This document shows positions 59,501 through 64,000 of a stretch of DNA of 64,000 bases, one piece after another. Numbering within the stretch: position 1 is the stretch's first letter; each line of letters opens with the position of its first letter. The stretch comes from Aulosira sp. ZfuVER01. GTDB lineage: Bacteria; Cyanobacteriota; Cyanobacteriia; Cyanobacteriales; Nostocaceae. A model generated the notes under the pieces. It was not told the DNA's origin, ran no database searches, and saw only the letters and a program-made list of their open reading frames with translations. Location: assembly GCA_034530615.2 (NCBI GenBank), contig JAVRCV020000008.1, positions 96,001 to 160,000 of the forward strand. The letters run 5' to 3'. Position numbers and translations under genes: made by a program.

Positions 59501-59819
59501 TTTCTAGCGCCGTTATACAAAGTTCTTCCTCCGCCTGTGGTGACAGCAGGATAATGGTTATATCTTGCGTTTGTGGATTTGAGCGTAGCGATCGCAATAA
59601 CTCTAATCCATCCATTCGCGGCATGATTAAATCAGCGATTACCAATTCAGGCAGCTGCTTTAATTGTTGGATATGAGTTAAAGCATCTATACCATCCACT
59701 GCTAAATGGAGTTGATAACGTTGGCTTAACAACTGCTGCAAGCGATCGCGCATTTGTGCATCATTGTTAGCTAAGAGAATTCGAGCAGCAGGGATATTTA
59801 CTTTTGTTTCTAGAGTCAC
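56568..59819 (-). CDS. Hybrid sensor kinase REC-PAS-PAS-PAS-GAF-HisKA-HATPase-REC
   Basis: DLIMPRMDG; PAS motifs (FTYINS, KDGSRVPV, FMDNSP); GAF (AYAAQPLIARGKLLGVL); SHELRTPL, NLLSNAVKF, GGLGLGL. Confidence 0.93.
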   Translation of the reverse strand: MTLETKVNIPAARILLANNDAQMRDRLQQLLSQRYQLHLAVDGIDALTHIQQLKQLPELVIADLIMPRMDGLELLRSLRSNPQTQDITIILLSPQAEEELCITALEMGADDYLSQPFSDSQLLSRIKINLKMSRLRQATVQRQQQLQTELKTAKAQVTTILESMTDAFYSLDRDWCFTYINSCAERILGQPRHELLGKNIWEQYPVFTDTVVYQQYHRACAESVPINFEYYYQACDCWYDIHVYPSEEGINVYFQNISEQQAARRDRQEAEAVVRASQERLRSFFEANLVGILFGHENGSIVEANEEFLRIVGYSRADLQAGRLSWLNITPPEYWDLDELGIAEAKVKGTCTPYEKEFIRKDGSRVPVVVGYSLLREPRQQSMAFILDISSRKQTERALHQSEERFQAFMDNSPAAAWITDSRGHILYLSPTYYRTFQLSTTDAIGKTVFDLYPREIAQKFLNNIRKVVQTNQVVEAIELAPLQDGTMGDFLVYKFPITDPSGKCLVGGVAVDITERERALRQRQQAEQALQKHSERLKLLSETASDLLSTEHPLELMNDLFAKLSAQMDLHCYFNYLIDTQGNRQKLHLKSWSGIDDRVVPIIEWLEMGQAVCGLAAHTHRQIIVNNVQHSTHPNTEILCTLNMTAYAAQPLIARGKLLGVLSFGSRTRNQFTPEEIELLQATSDQIAIALERAELVVSLQQQTEQLIQANRLKDEFLAVLSHELRTPLNPILGWSKLLRTQKCDEATTTRALETIERNAKLQTELIEDLLDVSRILQGKLNLNITQVDPASTIAAAVENVQLAAEAKCIQLQVQLQPNVGKICGDRNRLQQVVWNLLSNAVKFTPPNGRIEIRLASLGSQVQLQVEDTGKGISPDFLPYVFDYFRQADSTNTRKFGGLGLGLAIVRHLVELHGGTVRAESPGEGQGATFTVTLPLIQTHLDSYQGKKQLDEFPDLNGVKVLVVDDDFDTGDLISYFLEQLGAEVTQVRSPTEALQVLIDFQPNVLLSNIGIPEIDGYTLIRQIRAMPPELGGQIPVIALTAYTEDIQQPQNLLAGFQTHITKPINPANLALIIAQAAGRVE

Positions 59820-60861
59820 AGTCTCTGCTCCTCATTCTTCAAGTATTTGGTTACTAAGTATTTGTCTGCACTTTATGAGATAGTGCGTCAACTCCTGCAA
59901 TCTCTTCTGCTTCTGCTTAACACAGCAGCTAGGTATCTGGAGTTGCTCTCCATATCTAGCAGGAGACTTTGACAAAAACAGATCAATTTGCTGCCGTAAA
60001 TCAAGCACTAAATCTAAAATTTTTAGCGGCTTTCTTACAGACATATTATTTTTTTATTTTTATATATAGAATGCAGAATAAGATAAATATTGTGCTACTT
60101 GTCTCTTACTTAGGAAATATCTTAGGAATAAATATACTTTTTGCCGTATCTATTCTCTCTACCGATATATGTACTACACAAGTGTATAAATACATCCCAA
60201 CCATTAGAGCTTGAGTAGTTTTATCTTTGTAGCTCTGCTTTTAAAATCTAATTTTTAGTAGTTAATAATTATTTTTAAGTACCCCATTAAGCTATTTATA
60301 TTATTTTGTATTCATTTATTTATATACTATCTATGTAAATAGTTATTGGTGTTCAAAAATAGAATAATAAAGATTAATATTAACAATATATAATAAATTT
60401 AAATAGCAAATTTTCTATAGAATTTATTTAAAGATAATTTCACCTGAATATTGGCAGTCTTACTTCAGTATGTAGCCTGATACTCTATAGAGATAGAATT
60501 TAATTTTTACAAACGAATATCTACTGAAATTCCTGATTTCACTGTTCTCTACCTCTAGTTTGTAAGTTCACAAATCAAATAGGATAGCTCAGACTACCGG
60601 GATCAGGAAAATAAATTAACTTTCATTAAGTGTGTTGCCTGATGCTCAATTTCCGCCAAATTTGGCCTATCCTCTACTGAGAGATAGATGTCAGGGGATC
60701 GCTAATGCGCTAAAAGTAATTCCAGTTCTGGCAAATCTTAGAATTCCGAGATTTGCAGGGTTTGAGATGAGATTAAAAATCAAAAATGAAAAAGTGGCGA
60801 CACTGACCGTCAGTAATGCTAAAGTTTCAAGAAATTCACCTGAAAATTTCAGCGGGTATTC

Positions 60862-63057
60862 ATGCTGAAGCAGCTTAAAAAAAATCCAATTCCTCTAATT
60901 GCTGGTGCGGGACTATGTGCCTTTTTAGCCGGGGCAATGGTGTCAGCACCTGAGATTGGAAAGTCCTTAGGGCAATGGCTAAAACATGGCAATAATTCAC
61001 CTGAGCAGATATCGGAAACCACCAAAGCCAAATCAGCCGTTTACCCACTGGTATCACAATCTCTGCCAGAAAGAGCAGCAAAACTAGCAGATCTCGCGCA
61101 AAATTCTCGCTCTGCCGATCGAGAGCGTGCGCGTTATCTATTGGCTAGTGATTACATTGAAAGAACACAAGCGAAAAAAGCACTGGTTTTACTAGAAGGA
61201 TTGGAGAAAGACTATCCACTCCTCGCTCCTTACATTTTGCTGAAACAGGCCCAAGCTCAAGATATGTTGGGTCAAGATGGCAAAGCCTCAGATCTGCGGC
61301 AACAAGTGCTGAAACAGTATCCGAAAACAGCCGCCGCAGTTAAAGCCATCTATCTAATTGCCCAACCAAAGCAACAGAATTTAGCGATCGCGCAATTTCC
61401 CTCTCATCCCCTAACCTGGGAAATTATCCGCAAGCGCCTCGATGAAAATCCTAATCAGCCACAATTACAATTAATTTTGGCAAAATACGCTGCTAACCAA
61501 CCAGGGACAGTTAGCGTTCTGGATAACCTAGCAAAAAGTTTCACTCTCAAACCCGAAGATTGGGAAATTATTGGTACAGCTTACTGGACAAATAATATAT
61601 TTGACAAAGCTGCCAATGCTTATGCTAAAGCACCCAAAACACCACTTAACCTCTACCGTGCTGGACGGGGTTTGCAAGTAACAGGTAAGGAAAAAGAGAA
61701 AGCGATCGCAATTTATAAACAATTGGTACAGCAATTTCCCGAAGCGCCAGAAAGCGGAACTGCTTTATTGCGGTTAGCAGAAATGGCAAAAACCCGCAAA
61801 GATGCCTTACCATATCTTGACCAAGCGATCGCCAAATTTCCTGATGCAGCTAGTAAAGCATTGGTAGAAAAAGCCAAAATTTTCCAAGGGCTCAAAGATA
61901 ATAAGTCAGCCCAGCAAACATGGCAATTATTGATTGCCAAATACGGCAATTCTGATGAGGCTGCCGAATATCGCTGGAAAATAGCCCAAGAAAAGGCCGC
62001 CGCCAAAGACTATACAAGTGCATGGCAATGGGCAGAACCAATTACTACCAACAACCCCACCAGCATTTTGGCTCCTAGGGCAGGTTTTTGGGTAGGTAAA
62101 TGGGCAACTCAATTAGGAAAACAGCAAGAAGCGAAAACCGCTTATGAATATGTAATTAGCCAGTTTCCTTACTCCTACTATGCATGGAGATCGGCTGCAA
62201 TCTTGGGGCTGAATGTCGGTAACTTTAATACCGTGCGCCAACTCCAGCCGGAAGTAGTTCCACCCCAACGTCCTGTACCAACCGCTGGTTCAGAAACTTT
62301 CAAAGAATTGTATCTTTTAGGCCAAGACCGAGATGCTTGGTTGCAATGGGAGACAGAATTTCAAAATAAAGACAAGCCTACGGTGGCAGAACAATTCACT
62401 GAAGGTTTAATGCAACTAGCCAGAGGCGAAAATAAATTAGGAATTGACACCATTTCTAAATTAGAAGATCGAGAAACCCCAGAAGAACAAGCCGAATATC
62501 AAGCTCTTAGCAAACAAAGCATTTACTGGCAAGCTCGTTATCCCTTTCCTTATCTGCAAGAAATTGAAAAGTGGTCTACCGAACGTCAACTAAATCCTTT
62601 GTTAGTAACCGCTTTGATTCGTCAAGAGTCGCGGTTTGAATCTAAAGCCAAATCCATCGCCAATGCTATGGGGTTAATGCAAGTTTTACCAAGCACAGCT
62701 AATTGGATCGCACCACAAATTAAGGTAGATAGCAAAAAAATTAAGCTAGATGATCCGAACGACAATATTATGCTAGGGACTTGGTATTTGGATCATACTC
62801 ATCAGCAATATAACAATAACTCCCTGCTAGCGATCGCCAGTTACAACGCTGGCCCAGGTAACGTTTCCAAATGGCTGCAAACCATACCCACCCAAGACCC
62901 AGATGAATTTGTCGAAAAAATCCCCTTCGATGAAACTAAAAATTACGTGCGTCAAGTTTTGGGTAACTATTGGAATTATTTGCGGCTATACAACCCAGAA
63001 ATTTCTACCTTAGTTGGACAATACTCAGCGACACACCCTAAATTGCCAACGCAGTGA
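60862..63057 (+). CDS. Soluble lytic murein transglycosylase with TPR-like helical region
   Basis: IRQESRF, AMGLMQV, ASYNAGPG, IPFDETKNYV. Confidence 0.93.
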   Translation: MLKQLKKNPIPLIAGAGLCAFLAGAMVSAPEIGKSLGQWLKHGNNSPEQISETTKAKSAVYPLVSQSLPERAAKLADLAQNSRSADRERARYLLASDYIERTQAKKALVLLEGLEKDYPLLAPYILLKQAQAQDMLGQDGKASDLRQQVLKQYPKTAAAVKAIYLIAQPKQQNLAIAQFPSHPLTWEIIRKRLDENPNQPQLQLILAKYAANQPGTVSVLDNLAKSFTLKPEDWEIIGTAYWTNNIFDKAANAYAKAPKTPLNLYRAGRGLQVTGKEKEKAIAIYKQLVQQFPEAPESGTALLRLAEMAKTRKDALPYLDQAIAKFPDAASKALVEKAKIFQGLKDNKSAQQTWQLLIAKYGNSDEAAEYRWKIAQEKAAAKDYTSAWQWAEPITTNNPTSILAPRAGFWVGKWATQLGKQQEAKTAYEYVISQFPYSYYAWRSAAILGLNVGNFNTVRQLQPEVVPPQRPVPTAGSETFKELYLLGQDRDAWLQWETEFQNKDKPTVAEQFTEGLMQLARGENKLGIDTISKLEDRETPEEQAEYQALSKQSIYWQARYPFPYLQEIEKWSTERQLNPLLVTALIRQESRFESKAKSIANAMGLMQVLPSTANWIAPQIKVDSKKIKLDDPNDNIMLGTWYLDHTHQQYNNNSLLAIASYNAGPGNVSKWLQTIPTQDPDEFVEKIPFDETKNYVRQVLGNYWNYLRLYNPEISTLVGQYSATHPKLPTQ

Positions 63058-63061
63058 AGAA

Positions 63062-63208
63062 AGGCAGAGGGCAGAAGGCAGAAGGGACAACAGAGACAAG
63101 GAGGACAAGGGGGACAAGGGAGTGTGGGGAGAAATGGCACAAGGGAAGGGAGAATAACAAATGACGAATGCCCAATGCCCCATGCCCCATGCCCAATGCC
63201 CAATGCCC
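63062..63208. repeat. Intergenic STRR tracts (ggcagaa, ggacaag, cccaatg)
   Basis: aggcagagggcagaaggcagaagg...; atgcccaatgccccatgccccatgcccaatgcccaatgccc. Confidence 0.8.
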
Positions 63209-63246
63209 AGTAAAATAGTTAGCAAATGTTGCCTAATCGCTGAATC

Positions 63247-64000
63247 ATGACGCCACAAAATTTAGACACTGTACCGCAGTCCGATTCGTCAGGGGAATTC
63301 CCAGATGCAGCTGCTACAACTTCTCCTAATATCGACGTGGAAGGATATGGCGACTCTGATATCGATCCGCTTGATGAGTTGCCAGGTGAAGTCGAAATGT
63401 CGTTTTTCGACCACCTAGAAGAGTTGCGACAGCGGATTTTTTATGTGCTAATTGCTGTTGCAGTAGGTGTTGTAGGCTGTTTTTTCAACGTCAGGCCAAT
63501 TGTCCAGCTATTAGAAGTTCCAGCACAGGGAGTAAAATTTCTCCAACTTGCTCCTGGGGAATATTTCTTTGTCTCTTTGAAAGTTGCAGCCTACAGTGGC
63601 TTATTACTTTCTACTCCTTTCATCCTTTACCAAATTATTCAGTTTGTGCTTCCCGGACTAACTCGCCGCGAACGCCGCTTGCTAGGGCCTGTAGTTTTAG
63701 GCTCGAGTGTGCTATTTGCGGCTGGGTTAGCATTTGGTTATTTTCTGCTTATCCCCGCGGCGTTGAAGTTTTTCATCAGCTATGGTGCAGATGTAGTAGA
63801 ACAGCTTTGGTCAATTGAAAAATACTTTGAATTTGTGTTGTTGCTATTATTTAGCACAGGCATAGCATTTCAAATTCCTGTTATTCAACTACTGCTTGGT
63901 GCGTTGGGAATTGTTTCTTCGCAACAAATGTTTTCTGGTTGGCGTTACGTAATTATGGGTGCAGTGGTTTTAGGTGCTGTCCTCACTCCTTCTACTGACC
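63247..64000 (+). CDS. tatC: Twin-arginine translocase subunit TatC (truncated by window end)
   Basis: Translated from ATG 63247: [47 protein letters not shown]; absent from the ORF track because it has no stop in the window. Confidence 0.95.
   Translation, partial: MTPQNLDTVPQSDSSGEFPDAAATTSPNIDVEGYGDSDIDPLDELPGEVEMSFFDHLEELRQRIFYVLIAVAVGVVGCFFNVRPIVQLLEVPAQGVKFLQLAPGEYFFVSLKVAAYSGLLLSTPFILYQIIQFVLPGLTRRERRLLGPVVLGSSVLFAAGLAFGYFLLIPAALKFFISYGADVVEQLWSIEKYFEFVLLLLFSTGIAFQIPVIQLLLGALGIVSSQQMFSGWRYVIMGAVVLGAVLTPSTD

Noticed and set aside
1..64000. High frequency of GCGATCGC
   Set aside because: This is the well-known cyanobacterial HIP1 octamer; used only as a taxonomic clue

Overview
Chromosomal window from a filamentous cyanobacterium, most likely Nostocales, judged from abundant HIP1 octamers (GCGATCGC), heptamer STRR repeats and Nostoc-type small dispersed repeats/MITEs. 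Housekeeping or typical genes lie at the ends: kinase C-terminus, bioD, M20 amidohydrolase, Ser/Thr-His hybrid kinase; and pyruvate kinase, sugar-binding protein, yebC, UbiH-like hydroxylase, hybrid HK, lytic transglycosylase, tatC. The accessory middle (about 10-48 kb) holds five blocks. (1) An RHH gene with an 8-bp operator-like array, followed by an M.PvuII-like methyltransferase fused to an Mrr-type nuclease. (2) An NRPS-NRPS-PKS cluster with exporter and methyltransferase, predicted to make N-Me-Tyr-Thr-Phe extended to a statine-like unit; two of its adenylation domains are interrupted by PilZ-like domains. (3) An HMA2-domain / P-type ATPase cluster with a MetK paralogue whose methionine-binding residues are changed. 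(4) A CHAT caspase-like protease and an NB-ARC-TPR (NLR-like) protein sharing a ~68-aa domain at 74% identity, an inflammasome-like pair. (5) A 21-bp tandem array in front of a small basic helical protein. All calls come from reading motifs by eye; no searches were run.
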